Below, piece by piece: positions 1-13,226 of a stretch of 64,000 nt of DNA. How positions within the stretch are numbered: the first letter of the stretch is position 1; every line of letters begins with the position of its first letter. The notes beneath the pieces were generated by a model that was not told the DNA's origin, did not search any database, and saw only the letters and a list, made by a program, of their open reading frames with translations. The DNA comes from Octopus bimaculoides (taxonomy: Eukaryota): assembly GCF_001194135.2 (NCBI RefSeq), contig NC_068992.1, positions 56,957,025 through 57,021,024 on the forward strand. Reading direction: 5' to 3'. Both the position numbers and the translations under genes were made by a program.

Positions 1-36
1 TATATATATATATACATACATACATACATACATACA

Positions 37-70
<34 letters not shown>

Positions 71-938
71 AACACAGAAACGCACTCCAACACACACACA
101 TACATACCATCTCGATGCAATATAAATATTAGAAAAATTTCCATTAGTTTATGGATATTAATTACCGTACGGATATATCAGCTGCGATATTTCGCAAAAC
201 AACGTAACACAAACCACAACACAAAACACAAAGATCTACTTCTCAAATACCTCACTTTATTCAAAATCAATACAAACCTGTATAGAATTTTCAACGATAA
301 ATATAAAATCATTAACTAATCGATGAAATAAATAAAACAAAAATCAATTCATGCAAAAGATTTATATTGTTTAAGAGAATCTGTATAGTTGTAAATCAAA
401 TATACAACGTATGTTTTTTTTTAGCAATGTGTTAGATAATTACAAAATATCGTTGAATTCGAATTATATATTGAGCTGTTCGATATAATTCAATGTTATG
501 GGTTTAGTTGGTGTTGCTTTGTTTATCCCAATTATTGCCTAAATTCTATATTTTAAACATAATTTAAACTCAATTTTTTCCGGTAAGAAATTAAATAGAT
601 ATGTTTTTGTGGTTCAGTCCATTCACTGCGTCCGGGGGAAGCTGTTGAAGAGATCAGTCGATCAAATCTACTGCGATACTTGTTATTTTTAGGTCTGATA
701 TTTATTCTANNNNNNNNNNNNNNNNNNNNNNNNNNNNNNNNNNNNNNNNNNNNNNNNNNNNNNNNNNNNNNNNNNNNNNNNNNNNNNNNNNNNNNNNNNN
801 NNNNNNNNNNNNNNNNNNNNNNNNNNNNNNNNNNNNNNNNNNNNNNNNNNNNNNNNNNNNNNNNNNNNNNNNNNNNNNNNNNNNNNNNNNNNNNNNNNNN
901 NNNNNNNNNNNNNNNNNNNNNNNNNNNNNNNNNNNNNN

Positions 939-972
<34 letters not shown>

Positions 973-1034
973 TATATCAGATCATTCTATAATAAGTGAT
1001 GTCCGGATTTTAAACATGGAAAACAAGTGATCAA

Positions 1035-1200
1035 ATGTTACATTTTAATGAAGCGTAATGGTCACTATAGTTTCCATGGTTATCTATATCTTTCCATCTC
1101 CTCGTAAGCTTTTTAATTCCATTAGTGAAAACCTCTTTTGGTTTCGAAGAGAAGAACTCTGAAAAGTCAATTTCGAGTTCCTCAATTGTTTCGACAGTAC
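1035..1200 (-). mobile_element. Mariner transposase C-terminal remnant
   Basis: EELEIDFSEFFSSKPKEVFTNGIKKLTRRWKDIDNHGNY resembles the mariner C-terminus (FF.SK...F..GI.KL..RW......G.Y). Confidence 0.7.
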
Positions 1201-2774
1201 TCCATCCAAATGTAACTTCAAAACTGAAAGTGGGAGGCCCCATTCTTGTTGTCACAACATTTCTGGAGGAGAGGGACACTCTCAGAGGAAACCTGTGACA
1301 CTGACAATATTCGATGCTGTAGACTAGTACTTCTTCCGAGTTTATGTAATCCATGTTTAGGAAATGGGAGCGGATTTGTAAAAAATCATTTTACAACTAT
1401 AAATAAATCATCATGCACAGGCGTCGCTTGAAAAAAAGTACGACGTATCACAAAAATGGCTGGTCGTAGCTTTCGCATGTGTGGGAGTTTCGATCAAGTG
1501 ATCTCAATATTCGAACACGTTTTGCAGCCATCATGTATGTATGTATGTATGCATGCATGTATGCATGTATGCATGTATGTATGTAAGTATGTATGTATGT
1601 ATGTAGGTAGGTAGGCAGGTAAGTAGGTAGGTAGGTAGGTAGGTAAGTAGGTAGGTAAGTAGGTAGGTAGGTGTATATGTCTATAGATCGGTATGCATAT
1701 GTATGTGCACACGCATATGCATCCATACCTGGGTTTTATGTAATGCAATATATTTGACTGAAAACAAAAGAAAAGCAAATGAACTGTAGTCAGGAATTAT
1801 GCTGTGCATTCATCAATCGATGCCTTGTGTAGATACACAATTGAGATATTTCTTGTATAAGAAGCTCTGTAGATAGTTATAAAACAATCAATTCAGGTTT
1901 ATAGCTTATTATGAATTGATTCAATACAAATGTAAACAACATTGCCTTGTGATAGTCATTTGGTTTGGAGATAATCATTACCATTGTCGTCGTCATCGTC
2001 ATCGTCGTCTTCATAATCATAATAATCATCATTTACCATCATTATTCTCCTCTTTCTCCTCTTCCTCATCCTCTTGGTCATCATCGTCATCATTATCATA
2101 ATCATCATCACCACAATTATCATCATGAGGTATCGTCTGCACCCAGTAAATTGAAAATCGTGGATCGTCACTTCAGTCTTCCTTATTGTGTACTTATCCA
2201 ATTACTCTATTTCGATAGTGGTGATGGTGGTGGGTGGCAATGGTTGTCTTAGAATAACCTCCCCCACCGCCGTATGTTTCTATTGTTTATTCATTTGTTT
2301 ATTTATTTTATTTATTTGTCTCATTTCTGGTACTATCAGTATCTCAGTCACAGCTTCTGGAAGAAGTTATTCGTTTGTTTTTTTTTAAGTTGCAAACTTT
2401 TAAATCTGTATTCTAAATATCCAATAATTTATATTATCTATTAAAATAATTCTTGCTTTTTTTTACCTTCATTTACGCATTCTATTAACAATTATCTGCT
2501 AAAACAATATTTTCATTAAGTGTCCAAAATATCTTAGTTTTCTATTATATATGATGTCGAATAGAATTTTGTGGGTATATTGTTTTCTTTGTTCTATTGT
2601 TAAACTAAGTACTTTATCGTTGATCGTGTGTTAAGTCAAAGATGTTCTCCGAAATCTTCTGTACGATACCAACTCAAAAGCTTCTAATCTATTTGGTGTT
2701 ACCCTTGTTAAGGTCCGTGTTTCAATTCCATGTAGTAGAACAAATCAGACATAACGCATAATAATTGTTTTACA

Positions 2775-2971
2775 TTTTGTTACAAGGTCAGCAGTTTTCG
2801 TGGAGGAGTTAAGTCGGTTACATCTACCCCATTGCTCAGCTGGTATTTATTTTGTCTACCCCGAGAAGATTGAAAGCGAAACCAATCACAGCGGAATTTG
2901 AACTTTGAACGTGCAGACGGACGAAATGCCGCCAGGCATTTCACCCGGCGCGCTAAGGATTCTGCCAGCTC
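2775..2971 (-). mobile_element. tRNA-derived SINE, family A
   Basis: Reverse complement of the gagctggcagaatc...gttcaaattccgc...gggtagatgtaaccgact consensus seen many times in the window. Confidence 0.8.
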
Positions 2972-3052
2972 GCCGCCTTAAACATAACACACGCACATTA
3001 ATAATCGTTCTATTCTGATTTCGATACTAATGGATTTCTTTCTTAGTGCGTT

Positions 3053-3270
3053 GAGCTGGCAGAATCGTTAGCAAGTCGGGCAAAATATTTAGCAGTATTT
3101 CGCCCGTTTACACTTCGTGTCCTTAGTACAAATTTGCGCCGAGAACAACTTTACATCTCATCCTTTGGAAGGGCGATAACATAAGTACCATTCGAGGACT
3201 GGGGTCGATGTAATCGAGTTACTCTCTGCCCCGAAATTACTGACATTGTGCTAAAATTCGAAACCAATAT
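3053..3270 (+). mobile_element. tRNA-derived SINE, family A
   Basis: A-box-like gagctggcagaatcgttagc head, degenerate B box, ggggtcgatgtaatcga core, ttgtgctaaaattcgaaacc tail. Confidence 0.8.
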
Positions 3271-3570
3271 TAATAAATTTCTTGTATGATTTTATTATTT
3301 TATACTCTTTACAATGTCACTTATCATTTGACTGATATCTTTGTAAATATACCATTGCCACTAGAGATAAATAGTCCCAATTAATAATAAATAATTATAT
3401 ATATATATATATACACGCGCACACACACATTTATATATATATATATATATAAACATGCCGCAAGTGTGGCTGTATGTTAAGAAGCTTGCTTCTCAACCAC
3501 GTGGTTCTGAGTTAAGTTTCAGTGCGTGTGCGTGGTGCCTTGGGCGAGTCACATTTACTATAGCCTGTAA

Positions 3571-3618
<48 letters not shown>

Positions 3619-3974
3619 GGTTTTTAACTTTTAAATTCCTCTGGAAAATTATATATATATATACCGAATGTACTCCCTAGTTCCCACGCAGCTCCCATGC
3701 AGTGTTATCGAACTGAAATCCAGTTAGTCACAATGCGGTACTTCTTAACCAAACAGCCATGCCTGCGCCAGTTCATCATACAGCTATGTATTTTTGATAC
3801 TTCATTCAAGTGGCGTTGTTAGCTCTCTCAACATTTCTTTTGATACGCTACTTGACATTTTCCGATGTTATTAGTTTATTCATTCGTGCGATATTTTCTT
3901 CGATGTTGATAGTTTAGGACTCTCTCGATTATGATATTTTGGGTGGCAGTGGTTTCTTGTTGATAAAGAAGATT

Positions 3975-4575
3975 CTTTTAAATGATCGCATCGCAACTAC
4001 TTGATTTCGAGTTGCTCTATGTTGAGTGGCAATTTGGGAAAGTGAGGTTTACTATAGCCCCGGGCCTACCAATGACTTGTGAATTTAATACCCGTCATAT
4101 ATATGCATACATACAATCATACATACATATATATACATATATATANNNNNNNNNNNNNNNNNNNNNNNNNNNNNNNNNNNNNNNNNNNNNNNNNNNNNNN
4201 NNNNNNNNNNNNNNNNNNNNNNNNNNNNNNNNNNNNNNNNNNNNNNNNNNNNNNNNNNNNNNNNNNNNNNNNNNNNNNNNNNNNNNNNNNNNNNNNNNNN
4301 NNNNNNNNNNNNNNNNNNNNNNNNNNNNNNNNNNNNNNNNNNNNNTAAGTATGTATATGTAGGTGAGTGTTGTTTTGTTTTTGTATTTCTTTGTTTGACA
4401 GTCGACGTCTTCAAAACCGGTGATGGATTTTTCCGCCCCCTAAATCTAGCGTTTTGGTAAAAGAATCCCGATAAATTAACTCTCAGATTCAACAAAAGTA
4501 CTATGGTCGATTTATTCGACTAACTCTACGAGGTGGTGCTCCAGCATGATCGCAATTCAATAAATAAAACTATTA
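3975..4575 (+). mobile_element. tRNA-derived SINE, family B, near full length with internal microsatellite and N gap
   Basis: Degenerate head ...actatagccccgggcctaccaat, then (TA)/(TACA)n plus gap, then the 3' part ending ggtggtgctccagcatga, matching the minus-strand copy at 39555-40052. Confidence 0.65.
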
Positions 4576-6162
4576 AAATATTTTTTATTTGCATTCTATG
4601 CATTTGGGACGATATTAACCTGCATCTAGTGGTAAGGCTCAGGACTCGTTCGGGGTATGGAGTCAGCCCTTTATCACCATTATTCTAGGTCCATTCTAAC
4701 CTAGAATGTGAGGCCCCCATCTGTGGGTTAAATAGAATTTTGTAAGGGGAGATTGAACTCCTTAGCTGCGGTGAAAGCAATCTGTCCAGAAGGAATGCTC
4801 CAAAATTAATAATCACTTCCAACATACCATAAGCCAGCACAGAGGAATATGTCAAATGAAACTACCATGATTCACACTTTGGAGGCAACTATATCTTGTT
4901 TTGTGTGCATTCTACTGCAGGTGGTGATAGCGAGAAAAGATAAATAATAATGCCTTCTGCGTAAATGACCAGTCATAATCTATCTAGGATTACACTAGAG
5001 CGACGTAAAATAAAGTGCCTTACACAAGGACACAATTAGCCACCGGTCTCGGAATCAAACCTTTGACCTTGAAACTGACTCTTTAACCAATAAGCCATGC
5101 TCCTTCACTAAAAGAAAATATGAAAATATATCTTGAACATCCTAACATGTCTTGAAGTCTTAAGAATATTGATTTTCACACCATGCATCCCGCCAAATAT
5201 TTTCATATAAATGAAGGGGATTATAATATTCTTCAATGAATGTAGCATAAAAATTCTGCACGGTCCAATGCCAAAATTAGTGAATTATGGTAATTAAAAT
5301 ATGCAAAGCTTGAAGAGATGTTTGTGATGAATGAATTTGTGAAGACGCTAACGCTGCTGTAACACATAAAATTTTAATTAGTTGACTCAAATAATTATGA
5401 GTAAAGGAAGCTGTATGGAGAGCACCTGTAGAAAAATGAAAAACAATTATCAAAACCTAATCAATCATCAAAGAAAAAAACAAAAAAACAAAAGAGAGGA
5501 CCGGAGAGAAAACATAGTCAATGTCTTAAAAGATACAACCATTAGTTCATAAAGAAATTCGTGGGGAAACTCTGAGTAGTTTTGCTAACCAAGAAGTTGT
5601 CAACAGTAAATAATGAAGTAGCTTAACAATAATAGAAATAAGATATATGGAAGTCAATAAAATATCGGTTTGATAAGAATCGGGGGAGCATCTTCACGAT
5701 ATGTTTCCTCCAGTATAGCGATGCTCATTTACGTGCGTATTACAGCAATTGCACGGTAAGTTTTGAATCCAATCGTTCTCATACAAACTGGTAACATTGG
5801 TAATACACCGGAAAAAATGTTTAGCGACATTTATTCCGGGTTTACGTTCCTAGACAAAATTCAGTTTTTTAAATAGATACATGCACTTGTTTCATTCTCA
5901 TTGCTTTCACGCACCGTTTTACAAATTTATTTAATTATCCGACTAAAAATTCTTCAAGGCTGTTTCCCAGCATGGCTACAGTCTAATGATTGAATCAGAG
6001 AAAAGATAAAGAAAAATAAACAGTATTAACAAATGTAAGGAATACACATATGCATTATATACAGTATAAGAGGTAAAAAGATGGGGAAAAAATGATGCAG
6101 CTGGTGAAAAACAAAGACACAAAGACACATGCACGCACGCACACACACACACACACACATAT

Positions 6163-6327
6163 ATACGACAGGCTTCTTTAAGTTTCTGTTTACCAAATTC
6201 ACTCACATGGTACTGATCGGCCTGAGGCTATAGGAGAAGACAATGCGCAATGTGCTACTCAGTGGGACTGAACCCGGTACCATGTGGTTGGAAGAGAAAC
6301 TTGTTGTCACACAGCTACGCCTGAGCC
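6163..6327 (-). mobile_element. tRNA-derived SINE, family B head
   Basis: Reverse complement of ggcgtagctgtg...caaccacatggtaccgggttcagtcccactg...gaagcctgtcgtatat. Confidence 0.8.
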
Positions 6328-6443
6328 TATACCACGTTTACTTTTGTTTTAATCAGTCCGTTCTGTGTAATTGCCCCGACACTTTATGTGCGTCTTTGTA
6401 ACGTCCTCCTCTTCGTCCATAGTCCGAGTGGCAAAAAAGTATC

Positions 6444-6503
<60 letters not shown>

Positions 6504-6505
6504 CA

Positions 6506-6536
<31 letters not shown>

Positions 6537-6544
6537 CGTTATCA

Positions 6545-6750
6545 TTGTTATTACCATGAAATATGTCAGCATTGTTATGCTAGGTATGATGGAAAGTGTC
6601 AGCTGCCCTCAACCAACAGACTAAGGTGACACGTGTTTACTGATTATACTTCAAGAACCTCGCGGAGAATTCTTGCAGTTCCAAGCAATGATGATGATTT
6701 TATAAAATTGTTCTATCATTACGTTCGTTCTATATTTACATCAAATCGAT
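6545..6750 (-). mobile_element. RLE non-LTR retrotransposon 3' end (R4/Dong-like), between (TAA)n arrays
   Basis: Minus strand encodes LLGTARILREVLEV* (stop at 6644-6646), followed by a short 3'UTR and an (AAT)n tail. Confidence 0.75.
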
Positions 6751-6752
6751 AG

Positions 6753-6798
<46 letters not shown>

Positions 6799-6813
6799 GT
6801 AGTAGTAGTAGTA

Positions 6814-6853
<40 letters not shown>

Positions 6854-6902
6854 CAACAACAATAATGATAATAATAATAATAATGATAATAATAAAGTAA
6901 GG

Positions 6903-7072
6903 CGTACTGGCAGAATTGTTAGCACGCTGGACGAAATGCTTAGCGATATTTCGCCCGTCGCTACGTTCTGAGTTTAAATTCCGCCGACGTCGACTTTCCC
7001 TTTCATAATTTCGGGGTTTATAAAATAAGTATCAGTGAAACACTGTGGTCAATGTCATCGACTAGTCCCCTC
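6903..7072 (+). mobile_element. tRNA-derived SINE, family A
   Basis: tggcagaattgttagcacgctggacgaaatgcttagc...gagtttaaattccgccgacgtcgac. Confidence 0.85.
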
Positions 7073-7074
7073 GG

Positions 7075-7410
7075 CACTTGTTTACTGATCATGCTTCAAG
7101 AATCCAGTGGAGAACTACTGGCAGTTCAAACCAGTGATGATTTTTGTAGGTGTTCTATCTTTAAATTCATTCGAATCTATTTGAGCTGTGCTGGTAGTTG
7201 ATTGCTGATACATCCAAGTGCACCAACCACTATTGCTTTCTTCATTGCCCACAACCTGCGTAATTCCCACCTCAATTCATCATAATTGTTCACTTTTCTT
7301 CTTTCTCTTCAATTCTGTTAATACCAGGACATGTTATGTCACTTTTCAGTATTTTCTTTCTTTTCTATTAACTACTGGAATGTCAGGTCTTCAATGTTTA
7401 ATTTGATGGC
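7075..7410 (-). mobile_element. RLE non-LTR retrotransposon fragment (R4/Dong-like)
   Basis: Frameshifted minus-strand translation RPDIPVVN..DITCPG..RIEEKEEK..YDELRWELRRLWAMKKAIVVGALG..IEHLQKS. Its 3' end resembles the copy at 6545-6750. Confidence 0.8.
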
Positions 7411-8114
7411 CACACGGAAGCATTGCTAACAGAATTGTTAGCACACCGGACAAAATGTATAACGACATTTCGTCCGTCTTTACATTCTGAGTTTGCTGAA
7501 ATTGCTGACCTTGTGTCAATGTTTGAAAGCATTATCATCATTATTACATTAAGATTAATATTAGGCATTAAAATTTCTATAAAATTTCTTACATCTAGTT
7601 TTTTTTTTTTATCCTATAAAGTGTCACACATCACTCATTACTACTTTGGTGTAAGATAACCGGTTTGAGTTTTCTGCAAGAGATTTTTGCCGTAATTTTT
7701 TGATATAATTTCCAATAATTCCACAATTAATTAAATTCATTTGAATTATTTAAAAATGATATATACGTTATATTATATAAACGCTGTTTCATTTGTGTAC
7801 CATATGCCTTTATATTATATATGGCAAGGCGTTTGTGATTCCCAATATAATATTTTACCGCCATGTTTTCATCATTTCAAGATACCTGCAATGAATACAT
7901 TCTCCATGTTCTGTTTATCTTTTGTTCCAAATCTTCAGTTTCCCCATTTCATTGAAAGATACTGTCGTCAGTGGGAATTGATAAGTCATTTCACTGATGG
8001 TGTTTAACAATGATACCTGCACGAATTTCCTTTATACCCCAGCCTGTATGAATTAGCACCTCCTAGTGTGTTGTAACTTTGCCATTCTATGACAGGAATA
8101 TGGCATAATATTCT

Positions 8115-8162
<48 letters not shown>

Positions 8163-8500
8163 GTAATAAGAATAATAAAGCTAGTGTTGTTTTTAAGCTG
8201 TTTATTGATTTTGGCATATTTTCTGGAGATTGGAAAGCTCCAATGCCACTATACGTGTATGGGTGTATATTTCATTTTGCCGAAGACTTGTCAGTTAGAT
8301 ACTGCATGATTGAATGTTTATCTACAGTTTCCGCATATTCTGCATATAAAAATAATTTAGTATTTCACACCAGTCCATGTGCTTCATACAAATGTACATA
8401 CATTCATTTATTCATACTAACACATGCAAACACACGCATACACACACACGCACACGCACACACATATATATAAGTATAATTTTACATACGTGTATATGTG

Positions 8501-8534
<34 letters not shown>

Positions 8535-8666
8535 GTATGTGTATGTATGTACCTATGTATGTATATATTATTGTAAGAATACATTGGTCTTCTGTGGCAA
8601 TAAGAAATGTATTCTATGTGTGTCGGCTTTGAGACCTGCACCCTTCTCACACAATAATAATACACG

Positions 8667-8752
<86 letters not shown>

Positions 8753-9514
8753 CATTATTGTTATTATTATTATTATTGCATTTCATCCACTTTAGTTTCT
8801 GTAAAATTTGACAGATATTGACATTGCATTGGAATTTCTTGCCATCGTTTTTCGCAACACAGTTTGTAATTCCATTTTCAAGTTGCTCTTTCGTTTCTTT
8901 TTCTAACAATATCTTTTACCGTTTATCCGTCCTTTGCAAAAGTGTCTATCCTCTCAGAAATTGCTTTTATTCGTTGCTATTCTTAACAATCTTTTACTAT
9001 TAATCATGTTTTATGTCCATTTGCAATAGTAATTCTTTATTCTTTGCTCTATAGATATGCTTCTATTACATCTTTTTCAAATAATTTACTAGTTACAGAA
9101 AACCCCGACTATCTATCATTCGTAACAAATATTATATTACCACGAGGGTGTCGAAGCAGTTATATATATATATTTTTCATTCAAATGCTAAGGAAATATT
9201 TTTTCAGTTAATAAATAAAATGTTAGCAACAATTTGTATATTAGTCTTTCAAATTATTTAGTATTAAGTTATAATTTTAGTTATTGCATAACTGCATCAT
9301 GGCGTCTGTTACTTTGGTTTGGGCTTTTGGATGTTTTGCTTATTATCTTAATGAGTTTATAATATCATACTGTATACATTAGTAGGTCATTAAAATAAAT
9401 ACACCAGATTGTTTATTAATAAAGTCATGTGACAGAGAAAATGGTAAGACAGAGAGAAAAGGGAAACAATTTTAAAATAAAGTAAATATAAAATAGAGGA
9501 AAAAAGGAAAGAAT

Positions 9515-10246
9515 TTACCGCGTCAATGCTCTTCTCAATACGTATGACGTACCAGTTAAGACAATCTTTAACCCTTCTTGCATAGATGCTAAGCCAAGGA
9601 TCATTCTGAAATAATTTTCAGTTCTTTTTTCGATCATTCCAAGTGCTTCTACAATCATAAGTATTGTAACCGTCTTGAGCTGTCGAATCTTTTCGATTTT
9701 GATTAGCAAATCTTTATAATTTCTGAGCTTATCAAATTCTTTTGTAGAGATATTATGGTCACAAGGTATGCTCATATCAATCAATAAACAGAATTTATTG
9801 TTTGGGTCTTTCACAACAATATTTGGTTTCTTTTCTTTGATGGTCCGGTCTGTACATAGTATAAAGTCCCAAAGAATTGTTCCATTTTCTCACTCAATTA
9901 CTGCCTCAAGGTGGTGCTTGTACCATTTGTCAGCAGTTTTGATTTTATAATGGCGACACATTATTCAATGTAGATATTGGCCAACTCTGCTATGCTTTGA
10001 TTTGTACTCTACAGGTGCAAAAACGTTAAAAACAGAAATTACGTGGTCCACTTTTTATATCCCATCGTTGCAGTATCGGGACTTTGGGTCTACACCATTT
10101 TTAATCACATTGGCATCATAGTTCTAGGTTAATAAGCTCTGATCTTGGTCAGCCAAGATGAAGCCTTCACACTCTGCATTTAGGCCTTAGCTCCGTAGAC
10201 ACTGATGGGTGTGCTTCAGGTCTACATCATCTTGTTTGCTACGAGT
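9515..10246 (-). mobile_element. RLE non-LTR retrotransposon 3' fragment (R4/Dong-like), decayed
   Basis: EGFILADQDQSLLT, degenerate zinc-knuckle region, RVGQYLH, KWYKHH..TILWDF, CLLIDMSIPCDHNI..KE..K..YKDL, EALGMI..TGTSYVLRRAL. Contains stops and frameshifts. Confidence 0.88.
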
Positions 10247-10410
10247 CTTTTCTTTCTTTGTTTCTCTCCCTGTTTCTTTCTGTGTTCCTTTCTGTGGAAG
10301 AGCGTCGGCTCGAAACGTTAAAGACTTTTTCAATTCCCGAGCGTTATACTAATACATTTATTTGTTTTCTACACAACCCGTCTTCGTCTGTTTTTTTGTG
10401 AATTCCCCTA
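10247..10410 (+). mobile_element. Hammerhead-bearing dispersed repeat (Penelope-like terminal repeat style), family H-A
   Basis: Near-identical in layout to 17650-17800 and 60520-60700. Core cttt-ctgtgga-a-gagcgtcggctc-gaaa-cgt-t-aaag. Confidence 0.6.
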
Positions 10411-11162
10411 TACATACATACATGCATGCATACATTCATACATACACAAGTTTCAGCTAATAACACTTCTTCGCCGAATATTTGTTGAAAAGGGGCCACA
10501 CTTCCGAAATATTTAAATATATAGTAAAAGTACAAAACGTCAACTTGTATTATTTCTTATAACTTGCATTCCCTTGGCTTTAAAAAATATTAAACACATC
10601 TTCTAATCCATTGCTTCATGCAGACATTAGCACCCTCCTGTATATGTATAAATATATATATATATATATATTAATACATACATATGTAATATATATACAT
10701 ATATATTTATATATATATATATATATANNNNNNNNNNNNNNNNNNNNNNNNNNNNNNNNNNNNNNNNNNNNNNNNNNNNNNNNNNNNNNNNNNNNNNNNN
10801 NNNNNNNNNNNNNNNNNNNNNNNNNNNNNNNNNNNNNNNNNNNNNNNNNNNNNNNNNNNNNNNNNNNNNNNNNNNNNNNNNNNNNNNNNNNNNNNNNNNN
10901 NNNNNNNNNNNNNNNNNNNNNNNNNNNNNNNNNNNNNNNNNNNNNNNNNNNNNNNNNNNNNNNNNNNNNNNNNNNNNNNNNNNNNNNNNNNNNNNNNNNN
11001 NNNNNNNNNNNNNNNNNNNNNNNNNNNNNNNNNNNNNNNNNNNNNNNNNNNNNNNNNNNNNNNNNNNNNNNNNNNNNNNNNNNNNNNNNNNNNNNNNNNN
11101 NNNNNNNNNNNNNNNNNNNNNNNNNNNNNNNNNNNNNNNNNNNNNNNNNNNNNNNNNNTATA

Positions 11163-11198
<36 letters not shown>

Positions 11199-12523
11199 TA
11201 TATACACACATACACTTTTACGTACAAACATCCATTTATTTCCTTTTCATTTAACAAAATGGCTATATTTTCATGCTGCTTTACCACCGTGTGATTACTT
11301 CTTGATTTTATTTTTATGATTATCACAACTTTAGGTTTCTCCCAGCTTCTAAACTTTAGATGACAGACACTCTAATGTTTTCGTCAGTTTTTCTTTGCTA
11401 TTTGTATTTTTTCATATAAGTAACTAAACCCAATTTCTTATGAATATTGTTGAGAATCTTAGAATTTCTTATGATCAGATTTTAATAAGCTTTTAAAATA
11501 TATATTCTGCCCAATCAAATTTATAACCGTGTTCGTGTTATTTACATAGGGTTATTTGAAATATCTAAATCAATTTTGTTAAATGTGCGTTATATACAAA
11601 TAATTTGTAATACTTTTTTCTTATTTGAAACAACCACACGGACAGTTTTAGAGAAGAAGTTTACATACTATTTACCTCCTTGCGTCCTTTATGTAGTTTC
11701 AAAGGATATCTGATGGGAGAAATGCATATAAAACGGGTTGGACTGGTAATAATACATGTATTCCCATGTGTACGAACAAACAGTCACTCACATGGACACA
11801 CACATTGAAACATATACATACACACGCGCACATATATACGAAGTGGTGCTTTTGATAAAACAAAATACAGGACGATCAGTTAATTAGGATGATCTTATTC
11901 AACGTATTCCCCTCTCATATTCACACAGTTTTGGCAACGGTTCTTCAGTATATTTAAGTCCTGTAAAAGAACTCGGAAGTTTGAGCCCCCAAGCGAGCCT
12001 TTCGCAATATCCTTAAAGCGAGTATATATATAGTTTTAGTTTAGTCATAACTATACTCACATTCTTTTTTATGATGCTCGTATTTTTCATAAGGATAAAT
12101 ATGTATATCCGAAATTATTCTCTGGTATTTCCTTTATCAAGTCCTGTGTAAAAATAATTTTTTGTTTATACTTCTTGCACTGAAGGTAACAGTGATAAAT
12201 AACTAATTTAATTTAATCAAATTAATTTAATTATTTCTATTCTACCATGAATTTTCATATTTTAATATCATTGTTTGAAACGATCGTATGCATGAGTTAA
12301 AGTTCTTTCAAATTTTACCATCTCTCCTACATTTTTAACAAATTTGTTGAGTTTTATGGGATACCGTTCCATAAATTCACATAACACACCATATACAAGT
12401 ATTATTTTCATATTCGCAAACTTACGCCTGTAAGCTACCAGCAAAATATGAAGAATCGTTATTAGAAATCGTTTTTTGGAATCCTCCAAATTAAAGGGCG
12501 AAATATAATTCAACCTTTTCACG

Positions 12524-12586
<63 letters not shown>

Positions 12587-13158
12587 TTGGCATCAATTCT
12601 AAAAATAGCCAAACACATACTGCTGCTGTCCAAAGGAATTGGTATAAAAGACAGAAAACCAGCCAGTCTATTACAGTCTGTTAAAGTCTGTCATACCGGC
12701 CCTGATCAAATACCACAAGGTATAGAAAATATGTATTCGCCTTTATATATTTAATCCTTTATATTGAACACTCAATATTTCAAATATTCAATAAGACATA
12801 TTCCATATATTCAATAAGACATTCAATACTTTATTTCATTGTACCATCCATTTTTATATTATATATTGTATATCCCATATTCTATATCCCACATTAATTT
12901 TACAAGAATATAAATAAAACATAAAANNNNNNNNNNNNNNNNNNNNNNNNNNNNNNNNNNNNNNNNNNNNNNNNNNNNNNNNNNNNNNNNNNNNNNNNNN
13001 NNNNNNNNNNNNNNNNNNNNNNNNNNNNNNNNNNNNNNNNNNNNNNNNNNNNNNNNNNNNNNNNNNNNNNNNNNNNNNNNNNNNNNNNNNNNNNNNNNNN
13101 NNNNNNNNNNNNNNNNNNNNNNNNNNNNNNNNNNNNNNNNNNNNNNNNNNNNNNNNNN

Positions 13159-13226
<68 letters not shown>

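Noticed and set aside
1246-1431. ORF with NPC...NHF...SSCTG as a possible mGluR VFT exon
   Set aside because: Lacks the WF.EFWE motif and conserved Cys spacing, has no convincing splice sites, and adjoins a mariner remnant on the other strand.
7940-7975. ccca-CTGACGA...GAAA-tggg on the minus strand
   Set aside because: No stem II pairing and no stem III or cleavage triplet; chance match.
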